The translations under genes and the position numbers were made by a program. A DNA stretch of 61,492 nucleotides, filler included, from Squatina squatina (Eukaryota): NCBI GenBank assembly GCA_031763465.1. It is 4 parts of 4 records of this genome, joined end to end, with 100 filler letters (N's around TTAATTAATTAA, not from the genome) between each part and the next. Parts side by side here need not be neighbours in the genome. Positions count along the whole stretch, not along the records: positions 15,910 to 30,057 come from JARFOE010000176.1; positions 30,158 to 46,781 come from JARFOE010000115.1; 2 more parts are not named here. The stretch is one strand, 5' to 3'. The notes under the pieces are model-generated. The model had not been told where the DNA came from and did no database searches. It saw only the letters and a list, made by a program, of their open reading frames with translations. Positions 25,437-38,874 of the stretch are shown here, one piece after another. The number at the start of each line of letters is the position of its first letter. The stretch's first letter is position 1.

Positions 25437-26859
25437 ACTTGTGAAATGACTTCTTTGGAAAATTCACGGATTGTCGCAGCAGTTAGATCTTGCCATTCTA
25501 TGCAAGATTAAACTGTTAACAAGTGAGACAGTGATTTGTAATAACAGGGGCTGCTTTGTTTTGGTTTGAGATTTTGTGAGCTCCATGAACTAAATAATAG
25601 GTGACGTTGGACGGCTTTCCAACATGAGACCTTGGTCACAGAATCTTAAGAACAAACTTGTGCCTCCTGCCTTTTGGAAGCTGTGAGGCTGCATTGGTGC
25701 CAGAGTCAGTGTGAGACTGCTGTATCACAGCTGGATTACAGAGGGCCCTTTCTAACAACAATTTCTAGCATGCCAAAACGGGGAGCAAAGCTTTTCTCAG
25801 CAGTCTAAAAAAATCTCTCCAGCTACCCTCAGCTGATCCCTTTGATGTGAGTAGCAGGAGAAAAATGAANNNNNNNNNNNNNNNNNNNNNNNNNNNNNNN
25901 NNNNNNNNNNNNNNNNNNNNNNNNNNNNNNNNNNNNNNNNNNNNNNNNNNNNNNNNNNNNNNNNNNNNNATGAGATGAGGTAGAGCCATGTTTCCTATAC
26001 AAGACTTTTCCGGAGTTCCCATATGGTTTTGAGTCAGTCTAGACTATATAGTATCACTTAACACTGATTATTTCAATATAAGCGATGAGATCATTTTCCC
26101 CAGAGCCCTAATTTCACAATGCTGTTGTGCTGGTTTATAAATGGAAAAGCACGATCGCGTTAAACCAAAGTTGCCTTTTATCTTTAAAGTATTAAATTAG
26201 AAGCCTTCCTGATGGCTGAGATTATGTCCCTAGGGTTGAAATTGGTCTTCGCTAGTAGAGCAAAGCAGGTGGTATCATATCGGGCAACCTTTATAATCCC
26301 TGCTCGACACTCTGTTCCACTGAGCTCAGTAGGTCTGAGTATAACAATGCGAGAATACCCAGTTCAGCACTATCACTGAGGCGAATTTTACCCCCTCCGT
26401 CTCCGACCTGTCCCTGATCGAGGAGGTCCCAGGGTTGATTCTGAGCCGGTGCTGAGTGAGAGTAGTGACCATGGCTGGTGTGACGGCAGAGCTCGACCAG
26501 TTGGAGCCCGCAACATCAACAACTTGCATTTATAGTAAAACATCCCGAGGCACATCAGGTCAGTTTGTGGCTTGTGTTCCCTTGAGCAGAAAAGATTGCA
26601 GGGTGATCTGATCAAGAGGTTTTAAAATGTTACAAGGATTCGCTAGGGTAGATTCGGAGAAACTATTGCCTCTGCCGGGGTGGGCACATAATATTAAAAC
26701 TAGAGCCTGGCCATTCAGTCCTGTGTTTGGGAATCCAGTGCCCCTGACTGAAGTGTGCAAATGATGATTGTTTTTACGGGTGGCTGCCTGATCATTTTGA
26801 AATTGAAAAAACACGAGCGGAGGAGTGCATCTATTTTCTGCATTTGCAGAAGACTTTAA

Positions 26860-27393
26860 AAATAGATATATACGTGGTTGCTCCATCTGGAATACTGCAT
26901 TCAATTTTGGACATCGCAACTCAGGCAGGATATATTGGCCTTGGAGGGGGTGCAGTGCAGATTCACCAGAATGATACCGGGGTTCAGAGGGTTAAATTAT
27001 ATGGGCAGATTGTTGGCTTGTGCTCTCGAATTTAGGAGATTGAGGGGGTGATCTGATCGAAAGGTTAGATTATAAGGTCAAAAGGATTCTATAGAGTAGT
27101 TACGGAGAAACTATTTCCAGAATGAGGGGACATAATCTTAAAATTAGAGCCAGCTCATTTAGGAGCAAAATCAGAAAGCATTTTTTCCACTCAAAGGGTA
27201 GTCGAAATCTGGAAAACTCTTCCCCCAAAAGGCTGTGGATACCAGGACAATTGGAGCTTTCAAGGCTAAGATCGGTTGAATTTTCTTGGGTAAAGATGTG
27301 GAGCAAAGGCGGGTAAATGGAGTTGAGGTGCAGATCAGCTACGATCTAATTGAATGGTGGAGCAGGCTCGAGGGGCTGAATGGCCTGTTCCTA
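26860..27393 (+). mobile_element. CR1 LINE 3' end with tail
   Basis: LEGVQCRFTRMIPG-like stretch, then RGHNLKIRASSFRSKIRKHFF..., then the gatcagc...gaatggtggagcaggctcgaggggctgaatggcct tail. Confidence 0.85.
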
Positions 27394-27572
27394 ATATTCC
27401 ATTTGGTTTTTACTACTGTACGTGAAATATTCGAGTAACTACCAGGCTCTTGAAAACCTGGATATGTTGTGAGCTGCTGCGTTGGAAGTGGATATGATGA
27501 TGGGTAGCAGCCCTGCGTATAAATGTCCTTACAGCCTCTCTTCAGTCACGCTGACGGTGTTTATGTTTGTAG

Positions 27573-27886
27573 GTGGCGGAGAATCTAATTCAGAGAGATG
27601 GAGACTTCCTCATCCGCGACTCTCTCTCCAGCCCCGGGAACCATGTCTTGACCTGTCAGTGGAAAGATGCTCCTCACCATTTCAAAATCAACAAGGTGAT
27701 CGTCAGGCTGAACGAAGGCTACTCCCGCTTGCAGTACCAGTTTGAGCGGGAGAGCTTTGACAGCATCCCTGCCCTAGTCAGGTGCTACGTGGGGAATCGC
27801 AAGCCGGTCTTCGAGCAGATCGGGGCCATCATTTTCCAGCCCATAAATCGGACCCTTCCACTGAGATGTGTGGAGGAAAAATATGG
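27573..27886 (+). CDS. BCAR3: BCAR3 SH2-domain exon, 3' end lost in gap
   Basis: tgtttgtag|GTGGCG.... Encodes VAENLIQRDGDFLIRDSLSSPGNHVLTCQWK...FDSIPALVRCYVGNRKP...IIFQPINRTLPLRCVEEKYG. Confidence 0.93.
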
Positions 27887-27986
27887 NNNNNNNNNNNNNN
27901 NNNNNNNNNNNNNNNNNNNNNNNNNNNNNNNNNNNNNNNNNNNNNNNNNNNNNNNNNNNNNNNNNNNNNNNNNNNNNNNNNNNNNN

Positions 27987-28128
27987 CTGTTTGTGGGAGC
28001 TTGCTGTCTGTAAATTGGCTGCTGCGTTTCTTCCATTACAACAATGACTACAGTTAACAGGTATTTCATTGGCTGTAAATATTTTGGGACATCCTGAGGT
28101 CAGGAAAAGCACTATATAAATGCAAGTC
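27987..28128 (+). mobile_element. DeuSINE-type 3' half
   Basis: ctgtttgtgggagcttgctgt...aaattggctgctgcgtttc...cattacaacaatgactaca...cattggctgtaaa...gggacatcctgaggtc...ctatataaatgcaagt. Confidence 0.75.
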
Positions 28129-28346
28129 TTTAAATCTTTCTTTTAATGATACAATTTATTCGTGCGCTATGATGAGAATCTCTTTAAAGACTAAAGACTT
28201 TAATTGAGTTATTTGAGCTTGAAATTGAAATATATTTGAAATCTAACCTGCTTAAAACTTTAATCTTCAGATAGTAGTATAATGATTAGAATTGGCATAC
28301 CATTCTAGGGCCGGACCATGAAATAAAACCTCTTGCATTTTCTCAG

Positions 28347-28518
28347 GCATAATACCCTGGCTATCGGAATTGCAGTGGATATCCTAGGTTGCACGGGAAG
28401 TATTGAAGAGAGAGCTGCAGTGTTAAACAAGATCATCCAACTGGCACTGGAACTGAAATATTCCATGGGAGATCTGTACGCTTTCTCTGCTGTAATGAAA
28501 GCATTAGACATGCCACAG
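28347..28518 (+). CDS. BCAR3: BCAR3 RasGEF-like domain exon
   Basis: ttttctcag|GCATAAT...CCACAG|gtattt; 172 bp. Encodes HNTLAIGIAVDILGCTGSIEERAAVLNKIIQLALELKYSMGDLYAFSAVMKALDMPQ. Confidence 0.93.
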
Positions 28519-29750
28519 GTATTTTCTTTCTCAATGTATCTCAAGTTAAGCACCAAGCTGCCCAGTTTAGGTTAAGCGCCAATCCAGTTATTACTGAATA
28601 TATTCAGCATTTTGATGATCAAACACTTCTTTGGCTATGAAGTGAATCAGAACCTGTATGTGCAGTCACGTCCCAATGTTGCAGTGGGCCTTCTCTGTCA
28701 GCTGAGAGGGAAGGCCCAAAGCCGCATCACAAGGTGGGGGGGGAACCCTTGGGCTGTTCCTAGGCCAAAGAGAAGGTTTACAATCTATATCTTCGTCTCC
28801 TAAGAGAACCATCTGCNNNNNNNNNNNNNNNNNNNNNNNNNNNNNNCTCCAGGATCGATTAACTTTGTCCGTGCAAGGTAAGGGATCTTTCCTGGGGCCT
28901 CCTCATGCTTCATTCCAGCTCTTGGCCTTGAGGCATTATTAGTTGTACTGGGGGTGGAATTCCACAAAACACCCCCAAGCATCCCCCCTTGACTCTGGGC
29001 AGGCGAATGATTGGCCCTCTCTTTCTCCCCACCACCGCCCTGCCACAGTTTTGCTGGCCAGTGTAACCAGGGCAGAATCGGGTTCTGCCCAAATTTCAGC
29101 TCCTGTCAAAATTTGCCCAAGTTGTGCCCTAGCCAGATCCGAATTTCAGACCCTTCGTGTCTCCCTGGCTTCGACAAGATGTGCTCATTGTCTGCTACAG
29201 GCTTGAAAAGACAAAGTGATAGAGAATGTACACAAAGAATATTATTGAACCTCTCCAATGGCCGAACAAGTTTATCCCGTCAATACCTGAACGGTACAAA
29301 GAAGGAAGTTCCCAGGTTTGATCCCATGTTTGCTTGGGTTTTATCTGGTTTGTAGGAATCCCTCAATTAGCTTCCCTTCCCCTGCGTCAGGGAGAGGAAA
29401 GTCAGCCTGGGCTGAGCTTATGAAGACAGCTGAGGGTAGGTTCCCATTCCTTATTGCTATCTGTGGTACTGTTACCAGAAACTGCACAGGTGGTGAGGAC
29501 AGCATCTGCCTCAGCTGTGATGCCCCACTCTGTGCCTGCCCACCCAAGCTGGCACATGAAGAATGACCAATGGGACAAAGTCCTGGAGAGCTGATGGCGT
29601 CCGTGGACTTGAACTGAGGGAAGAAAGTTGGGCTCACTGTGGTGGTGGATATTTTGCTGAGATTGAAGTATTGCTGCAGACTATTTTGGTGGGGCCTGTG
29701 CGTTCAGCGCAAATATTGTTCTAACATCACTTTTTTTCTTCCCCACACAG

Positions 29751-29862
29751 ATTACACGGTTAGAACAAACCTGGACTGCACTGCGACACACCCACACTCA
29801 GAGTGCCATTGTTTATGAGAAGACTCTTAAACCATGCATCAAAGCTTTAAACGAGGGAAGAG
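29751..29862 (+). CDS. BCAR3: Next BCAR3 RasGEF-like exon (not in ORF track)
   Basis: cttccccacacag|ATTACA...GGAAGAG|gtagga; 112 bp. Encodes ITRLEQTWTALRHTHTQSAIVYEKTLKPCIKALNEGR and joins the previous exon in phase 0. Confidence 0.93.
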
Positions 29863-30057
29863 GTAGGAGTTCCTGGAAAGTGGCTTTAGTTCATATTTCT
29901 GCCATAATTCTTGGTTTAATCAAAATTTCACACCTGAATGAATCAAAATTGTGCAGGACAGAGGCAGTCCAAAATAGAAAGAAAGACAGACTTGCATTTA
30001 TATAAGCACCTTTTACAACCAATGGGAAAACATTTTTTTTGTGTTGTAATGTAGGAA

Positions 30058-30157
30058 NNNNNNNNNNNNNNNNNNNNNNNNNNNNNNNNNNNNNNNNNNN
30101 NTTAATTAATTAANNNNNNNNNNNNNNNNNNNNNNNNNNNNNNNNNNNNNNNNNNNN
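30058..30157. other. Artificial scaffold spacer N44-TTAATTAATTAA-N44
   Basis: 12-mer at 30102-30113. Confidence 0.97.
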
Positions 30158-33100
30158 CCTGGGACAGCGCCACCAGTGGCCAGGAGGAAAACAAACATCA
30201 CAGTGCTGCGCTACATGCATAACAGCCCCAAGCTCTTTGAGAGAGTGCAGGGCTGAGGAATCGCAGCGTCAAAACAAATCAGGAGGCACCAGAATGGGGA
30301 GATAAATAAATGTTACCCTACCTGACCACCATTGCCTTTAAATATCACTTCCCAAGCGACTAGCTGAGGTGACAATGCCTCCTGCAGCTGAGGTTGATGA
30401 CACCCAGCGAAGCTGCAGGGGGCGGGAGCGAATATTACATACGGGGTGGTAACGGGGCGCTGATCTATGGGACGCAAATGAGCGAGGTGGTAGGTGTTAG
30501 CGCCAGTGCAAAACCGCCAGGGAAGTTCGCGGGCATCGGTGATTTTGACGTAATCCATAACCCCTTAGTGTCTCATTACTACCCCTGTACACGTTAACGT
30601 GAGGTGCAAACCAGGCTAATTTCTCCCCGAGGTTTTGAGAAATTGTATCACAGAAGAGTCAAAGGTTTATTAGTTTCATAACATGGAATTTGAAGAGGGT
30701 TAGTGATAGTACAAAGTCTTACACCACACCCCATTTCAATCTGCACACATAGACATGTGAGAAAAAGCTAAAACAGCTTGTTTACAGTTTTTACCCCAAA
30801 TATCTCACTGTAATGCTATTCTCACTGAACTCTTTTAGCATAAATTCGTGAAACCAATTTACAAGATTAACTATTAACAAATATAATGCAATGTATGCAA
30901 TACATACTTGGTCTGGTCCACTCTACTTCTATTGCTGTGTGATTGATGGCCTGTGCTATGAGATTACTCCCTCTGTTAGGGACACCTGCCAGTGTGGTAG
31001 CTGTGACTTCTTCCCCTGCTGTGTACCCCACATCATTATAGACTATCAGCTTGTACTTATACGTTGTATACCTGAATAAATGAAAGAAAAGTTCATTGTT
31101 TAGTCCATTGTGTTGCCATTATCTGAAATGAGAGAGTTTTAAAATCCTTCGATAAATTACTTCTCATTGCTTATATATATTGCATTACAGAAAGTAGACA
31201 TACACCTGTAGACTATATTCAAATAAAAATGCAAAATTAGTTTTGATAAATGCTTTTATTCACTACTGGCATATAGATACTGTGCTGCTGATAATAGTTT
31301 GTTTTATATATATACATTTAAAATTTGGGGCGGCCAATTTTGGGTGTTTCTAGCGTTAAGCGCCAAATGTTGCGCTGGAAATGGGACTATTTGAAAATTT
31401 TCATTCAAGCCCCCANNNNNNNNNNNNNNNNNNNNNNNNNNNNNNNNNNNNNNNNNNNNNNNNNNNNNNNNNNNNNNNNNNNNNNNNNNNNNNNNNNNNN
31501 NNNNNNNNNNNNNNNNNNNNNNNNNNNNNNNNNNNNNNNNNNNNNNNNNNNNNNNNNNNNNNNNNNNNNNNNNNNNNNNNNNNNNNNNNNNNNNNNNNNN
31601 NNNNNNNNNNNNNNNNNNNNNNNNNNNNNNNNNNNNNNNNNNNNNNNNNNNNNNNNNNNNNNNNNNNNNNNNNNNNNNNNNNNNNNNNNNNNNNNNNNNN
31701 NNNNNNNNNNNNNNNNNNNNNNNNNNNNNNNNNNNNNNNNNNNNNNNNNNNNNNNNNNNNNNNNNNNNNNNNNNNNNNNNNGTTAAAACCCCATGGCTTG
31801 CCCAACCATAATTCCTTCCCAAACCCTCTCCGAACTCGCACCTCGGTAAATATCGGAGCCAGGGCATCTGAGACCTGAGTGAACAGGGCAACCAACAGGG
31901 CTTCACCTTAACCAATGAGATTTAAGGATTGGGAAATAAACAGCAGAATGACTGAAAATGAGGGTGAATTAAAGGAGGAAAATTCAATATCAAATCAGGT
32001 CTAAAAAGAGAAATAAAGAGGGAAAGAACAATTGGATTAAGAGGGAGAGAGAATAGGGACAGAAAGGAAAAGCAAGAAAACAAATTTTAAAACAAGAAAT
32101 TTGACATTTTCAAAATCTCTTAATACAATTCACAACCTGAAGGAATGAGATTCTACACTTATAATAGTTCATTTTTGGTGCCAGAGAGGTTGATTGGCAG
32201 TCATTAACATTTATCATATCGTTAAAAGTATCTTACACTTACACTTGTAATTACTAGCCATGAATATCTGCGGTAGTTTTAATTCATGCCTACTGCATAA
32301 ATACAACAATTTCACAGCATTCAATGCATTTCAATGGTGAGGAAGACAGTGAAATGCAGTTTTTGCAAAGTTAAAGGCGGAGCGAAGCATCTCGGACAAC
32401 AACTTTTGGATATCTGCATTTAACAGTGCATCTGCCATCGCCTGAATTTGGTGTACTATTTACGCATAAATAACGGTGAGTGCCATTAAGTAGAATCATA
32501 GTCTAAATTGTAATTAGAATTTAGGATTCATAATATATGTATGACTGCATTGAAAATATAGTCCTTGTACCAGAGCACATTTTATTAGATGATTAACTTC
32601 TGCAGTTCTATACTTTAATATTCATCAACTTGTAAAATGAAAATATTGCAAATGCTTACACAAATAATGAAAAGCAGTTTACAATGCTACACCTCATTAA
32701 CAATGTGGACGATAGGCTTCAGTTCTAAGAACAACTTTAATTGGAGCAACAGGGAAAGTTTGGTTTTATGAACTCAGAGCTGGATCTCAATAATTATGAG
32801 AAAAATATAACACACATTCCTGGCCACTGCACANNNNNNNNNNNNNNNNNNNNNNNNNNNNNNNNNNNNNNNNNNNNNNNNNNNNNNNNNNNNNNNNNNN
32901 NNNNNNNNNNNNNNNNNNNNNNNNNNNNNNNNNNNNNNNNNNNNNNNNNNNNNNNNNNNNNNNNNNNNNNNNNNNNNNNNNNNNNNNNNNNNNNNNNNNN
33001 NNNNNNNNNNNNNNNNNNNNNNNNNNNNNNNNNNNNNNNNNNNNNNNNNNNNNNNNNNNNNNNNNNNNNNNNNNNNNNNNNNNNNNNNNNNNNNNNNNNN

Positions 33101-33541
33101 NNNNNNNNNNNNNNNNNNNNNNNNNNNNNNNNNNNNNNNNNNNNNNNNNNNNNNNNNNNNNNNNNNNNNNNNNNNNNNNNNNNNNNNNNNNNNNNNNNNN
33201 NNNNNNNNNNNNNNNNNNNNNNNNNNNNNNNNNNNNNNNNNNNNNNNNNNCATAGATTTGATGTTTGTTAGTTTCGAAATACAACCTATGTGGCTTAATC
33301 ACAAAGAAATTGTTTCATAACAGAATATAGCTGGAAAAGAAAATCATGACAGGGATGAGAAGGATAGCTTCCAAGAACAACAAACACATCTGTCTATCAG
33401 TTTTGTTTTAATCCAAACACATTTTATACAACAAGTAGTTGTTCAAAATATTACAAATGCTGAAAAGCAGGAAGCAGCACATAATAAATTATTTGTTAAT
33501 CAAATCATAATTTGTTTGAAGCTGATGTAGTTTAATCTAAC

Positions 33542-33664
33542 CTGTTAAGACCTTTATCTTCATAGTACATTTGTGTCCCTGAGTAAATATTCAGCCAAAG
33601 ATTTAAATCTTCAGGGGGATTTGATGCAAGTGGTTGTTCGGATTTGTGTCTTAGCAACTCATAT
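33542..33664 (-). CDS. USH2A: Usherin exon following 35056-35384 (not in ORF track)
   Basis: ttttttcag|ATATGAG...AACAG|gttaga; 123 bp, phase 2-2. Encodes YELLRHKSEQPLASNPPEDLNLWLNIYSGTQMYYEDKGLNR, versus recalled human YELLRRKIQQPLASNPPEDLNRWHNIYSGTQWLYEDKGLSR. Confidence 0.93.
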
Positions 33665-35055
33665 CTGAAAAAACACAGGTTGTACAATATAATTATCAAA
33701 TCCAATGTTCATAACAATATCATTGATATTTACTGCGACTAAAATTATTGTTTAACAGATTTTCCTTTAGCTTTCTTTACAAAGTTTATGTTTTGAGTAC
33801 AACATACTTTAAAATGTATCTTTAATTTTTTATATTAGTACAGTACCAATAAAATATGTAGGTTTTTAAATATGATCACAACATTATGCTTCATATTATC
33901 TATGTTATTGTCATTGCATGGGAATATAATTTCCAAAATGCAAATGTGAGCTACAATGAACAGTAATGAGTATTCTTGTGACACAGCTTGAAGATACCAA
34001 GGAAAAAGCCTTACCTTCTACTGTTGTAATGAAAGGTTTGAATCCTACAGAGCTTTGATTCAACCCCCAGTCGTGTTTGTTTAATGAACTTGCCAGACCA
34101 CTTAACTGACTGCTTAACAGAGTGAGCCCATTGATATTAGACTGACAATCCTGGCTTAGTAGACAAGGACCAGGAAGCTGTCTTGTACATTGTTTATGCT
34201 GGAGATGAATCTGAGGTTCACATCCTAACTCCATTGTAAACTTGATGTTGAAATTGGTTGTGCCTGAATTTACATTTTAGCTTGCAACAAAGCTCTTGCC
34301 ATTGCATATTTGGAGCATTTATGGATAGTGCAAAGCATAGGTTCAAAGAATCGCAGAAGAAGGCCATTCGACCCGTCCAGCCCATGCCGACACTCAGTTA
34401 GTCTCGCTCCCTTGCCCTTTTCCCATAGCCCTGCACATTTTTTTCCTTCAGNNNNNNNNNNNNNNNNNNNNNNNNNNNNNNNNNNNNNNNNNNNNNNNNN
34501 NNNNNNNNNNNNNNNNNNNNNNNNNNNNNNNNNNNNNNNNNNNNNNNNNNNNNNNNNNNNNNNNNNNNNNNNNNNNNNNNNNNNNNNNNNNNNNNNNNNN
34601 NNNNNNNNNNNNNNNNNNNNNNNNNNNNNNNNNNNNNAGATTCATATTATCATTAACATTATTCCAATTTGCTCAGTCTCTCTTGTTCTGAAACTGCCCC
34701 ACATGAAACGGGACTCCTACCCACCTAACGGTATGAGCAGAGAACATGAACACTCAGTACTACCAGCAGGAGCAGCACTCATAGAGAATGAGGCCAGGGC
34801 CTCAAGATAGCTCTGGCCTCACAAAGGGAACAACGGGCAGGCAGTGAGTACACTCTGCCTCTTTGAAAATTAATTGACATTAAAATTAAATTAAGATCGG
34901 CCCCATTGTGTTTCCTGATCTCTTGATCATCTCACATAATTGACAGAGTTTTCTTAAAAAGAGAACCTTTCAAACAGTCCACTTTTCTCTGAAAAATATG
35001 AATTGGAGGATGCTCAGCAATGTAATATCTACATTAATGGATGCAAAAATCATAC

Positions 35056-35384
35056 CTTACATTAGGTCCATTTGGTTTGGTGGGAGGCTGCCATGAAACA
35101 GTAATAAATGACTCACTAATGGGGGTTAAAGCCAGGGGTCTAATGCCCTGGGGAATTGTGGGGTGAGTAATTATTCCAGTTGGCAAACTTTCAGTGCAGC
35201 CCCCTATGTATCCTCCACCACCAGTGCAAGCAACAATTGTCACTGAATAATTAGTGAAAGGGATCAGGTTCATAACAGTGTACTGCAACATTGAGCTATT
35301 GGAAATTCTGATGTGCGGATCTGGCATTCGGATTTCATAATGAAGGATTTCACCGTTTATCATTAGTGGAGCTCGCCAAGTAAC
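35056..35384 (-). CDS. USH2A: Usherin FN3 exon
   Basis: ttttgcag|GTTACT...GTAAG|gtatga; 329 bp. Encodes VTWRAPLMINGEILHYEIRMPDPHI...LIPFTNYSVTIVACTGGGGYIGGCTESLPT...SWQPPTKPNGPNVR. Confidence 0.95.
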
Positions 35385-36512
35385 CTGCAAAAGAAAAGTT
35401 ACACTTTATAACCAGATTCACAGTGATATAGCAGTTCATAAATGTCAGTAAACTTTAAACTTAACACACTGCTTAACAACTGCCAATTTTAATATCAGTT
35501 AGTTTTCAAAGAGGCAACGTCCTTACCAAAATATTGTTATTTATTTCACTCCACTTATTTTAACTGCTTGGAATGTTTAAATGACTGTGACAAATAAAAC
35601 ACAGTCCAGTTTCTACTTGCTTTTTTATAGTTTGAACTACAAATAAAACTGAAATTCTGAGTTATAAGAACGCTAGCTTAACAATCCAGGCACTGCAAGT
35701 TCATGTCTCAGAGCTATCTGATGTTCAAATCTGCCAACCACAATTGGGATAAGTTTCATCATTTCTTGACCAGAATGCTCGGTGGAGTGCCTGCAGGAGT
35801 GAATACTGGCAATGCCTGTATCACTCTGCTATGAAGACATCTTTTCATTACTGAATGTCAGTTCTTTTGGTCTTCGTATCAGCAGTGCTGCTTGCAGTAA
35901 AATAACAAATGTAAGATTTAATTGCATGCAGTAATATAGGAAATACCAAAAAATACACATAACTAGACTTGGGTAAAGCAGGATTGATAAAGTGCACAAC
36001 AGGGGAATTTCAGCCCCTTATTTTTGCTGATAAACCCATATTCAGCTGAGCTGGACGAGGTTACTACTCTTAAATTAATCAGGAATGCATTTCGATGGAA
36101 AAAAAAGAAACAATTAAGTTTGACTAAACTGCCTGATTGCGCTGGTTCATGGAGAATTTTAGGTTTATGAATTTGCAAATTAATTTTAGCAGCAATTTAA
36201 AGCCCAACCTAACCAACGCAATTTTAACTGCATTTTAGGTACAATTTCCCAATAGCTCCCAAAGTGGAATCTCGACCCCAATCTGTTTAAGTAATTATCC
36301 AACATAATGAATATTTTCGCTGTTGTCCCACTTCTATTAATGGGGACAAGTTTCTACTGATGTTGTAAAATTGAAAATACATGCAGACCGGATGTACTAC
36401 AAAACCTAAAAGTCTTATGGAATGAAATTGTACCACATGAAATTACAATATTAGTGCAAGAAAGTTTTATGCATTCATATGAAACGCCTTTGCCCACAAT
36501 ATTAATGGAGCC

Positions 36513-36582
36513 AATAAAAAGAGAAAATGCTGGAAATACTCAGCAGATCAGACAGCATCTGTGAAGAGAAAAACAAAGTTAA
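36513..36582 (+). repeat. Terminus of a recurrent interspersed repeat, possibly Penelope-like
   Basis: aaatgctggaaatactcagcagatcagacagcatctgtgaagagaaaaacaaagttaa; related copies at 51815-51884, 3746-3788 (minus) and 15670-15750 (minus). Family label is inference. Confidence 0.5.
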
Positions 36583-37829
36583 GGGCTGTGATTTTCCCTA
36601 CCCTATGCATCTGTGGCAGACGAAGGTTGGCGATGGATCGTGGCCTTGCTGNNNNNNNNNNNNNNNNNNNNNNNNNNNNNNNNNNNNNNNNNNNNNNNNN
36701 NNNNNNNNNNNNNNNNNNNNNNNNNNNNNNNNNNNNNNNNNNNNNNNNNNNAAAATGGTTAGTCAGATAAATCATTATGAAATTGCTTCAATGCAAACTT
36801 CAACAAGGAAGCTTTAAATGAATCTTCAAAGCAGACCAGTTAGCTTTGACATGACGATGCCTGTTTTATATGGGCAAGCAGCCCATACGGGATGCTGCCT
36901 TGCCCAAAATTATAGAATCCAGTACGGGGTGCAATTTGCATAATTTTTTATTTGTAAAGCGGGTTGAGCACATGCAAATCAAGGCCCACTTTTCCCAGCG
37001 AAAAAGGGTCATCAGAAAATCCAGCAAAGAAAGAACACAGCACGAAAGGTCAGAGGCCTGATCCTGCAAAATATTCACATCATCAGAAAATCTACCCTAT
37101 TATAGGTAAATTGTGAAACATATACATCCTGGAGCAAATCGTCGGTACGCTATAAAATGAATTATGTACATCGTGATAACATTAATCTTTCTGTTATAGT
37201 TACTACCAATTGGGACTCACAATGGATTTTGGAAAAAGGCACAAAGGAAAATATTATGGTTGACAGAATAATAGAATTGCTAGAAGAGAAGCTTAGTGAG
37301 TGGGTCATGTAGGTTAGGTCCCTGACAGATTTTACTTATTTTGATGGCAATAATTCCAGAAAANNNNNNNNNNNNNNNNNNNNNNNNNNNNNNNNNNNNN
37401 NNNNNNNNNNNNNNNNNNNNNNNNNNNNNNNNNNNNNNNNNNNNNNNNNNNNNNNNNNNNNNNTTCCAGAAAAGCAACACAGGCAAAAATGTTAATATTA
37501 ATCCCTGCACCCATTACAAATACAGTAATAACATCTCAAGGGGAGTAAATCTGACCTCATGCTATCCATAGTGGAAGCCAATGTTTGAAACTCAGTCTTC
37601 ACAGCACTGGAAAAACAAGTCTCAAGTGAAGGACAATCTGACTCTGCCTTTTTCCTTCCATACACTATTGGTGTTGGCAATTGGTTTCTGTGGCTCAACA
37701 CTTGCATTAAGCATATGTGTTAGCGATCGTATCTACTTTTGTGTCAAAAAGCAGTGGGGGATTTGCATTCCTACACTTGCATAGAACTTTTTTATTATCC
37801 TTGTTCATATGTTTTGACTCACAGTATTG

Positions 37830-38245
37830 GCTGGAGTTATCCTCTGTCTAAAGATTACAGAGTTTTTTGGAAGAATTTACTGATCGAATAGATAAGTGCA
37901 ATGAAGTAAATGTAGTCTATCTGGCTTTTTAGAAGCTGCTTGTTGTCTCATAAGAGGCTTATTACAGAAATTTGAGTATATAGCACAAAAGGAAATGTGG
38001 CAGCAGAGACAGAAGGTTGGTTGATGGGCCAATGCAAGGAGTTAGGGTCAATAAGTGTTGCTCGGATTGGAGAAGAGCTGGAACTGGTGTACCTCAGGGG
38101 TCAGAGTTAAATCCAATTTTGTTCTCATGTTAGTGAGATGATTTGGACCGATGTTGGGAGAACAATCTTGAAATTTGCTGAAAATGCCAAAGTAATAGGT
38201 TGGCAAACTGCAAGGAGGGCCGTAAAAGATTTCAAGACAGACAGA
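37830..38245 (+). mobile_element. Highly decayed CR1 RT fragment
   Basis: Residual EFFG...VVYLAF, GVPQGSEL and ILKFAEN motifs with stops. Confidence 0.7.
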
Positions 38246-38329
38246 CAGGTTAGGAGGGAGGGAAGGGAGGAAGGAAGGGGGAAGAAAGGGAGGGAGGGAA
38301 GCAGGGGAGGAGAGAAGGGGGAAGGAAGG
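38243..38329. repeat. Purine-rich (GGAA/GGGA) low-complexity tract
   Basis: ggagggagggaagggaggaaggaagggg... running into a gap. Confidence 0.8.
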
Positions 38330-38874
38330 NNNNNNNNNNNNNNNNNNNNNNNNNNNNNNNNNNNNNNNNNNNNNNNNNNNNNNNNNNNNNNNNNNNNNNN
38401 NNNNNNNNNNNNNNNNNNNNNNNNNNNNNCTACAAATGCTTCGTCTGGCATGCACCTGCTGCAGACACAAGCCAAGCTCTACCTCCCAGGAAATCCCTTG
38501 AAATTCCAGGGCAATATAGAGACTTTGTGAACTGAGTCTCTCCCTCTTCTTCCTGATGTTTGCACCTGGTGAACTGTGTCAGGAAAATTCGCCCTTAATA
38601 CTCGATAGAACACCACACACGTGCTTTATCCCAATTGAAGTAATAGTCTTAAATAACATAATTTACTACGGCTACTACTACAGATTAATATATGCTTCAG
38701 TAAATAATAGTTCAAGAAAAGTAAATACACAAGTATAAATTACTCAGTGTTCTTTTTCCTGTGCAATTTCCTAAAATTAGGCAGGTAAAGATTAAAACTG
38801 AAAGATAAAAGCAAACTCTTCACAATTGTTTGTGGTTAAACTAAATATATTGAAAGGAATTTGAATTAACTTAC

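Noticed and set aside
30165-30182. CTCF site cagcgccaccagtggcca
   Set aside because: It is one base short of the canonical core spacing and lies at a contig edge, so it cannot be supported.
33911-34234. Extra USH2A exon ending at the strong donor G|gtaagg near 34014
   Set aside because: The flanking exons already join in phase and match the known protein, and no frame here resembles usherin.
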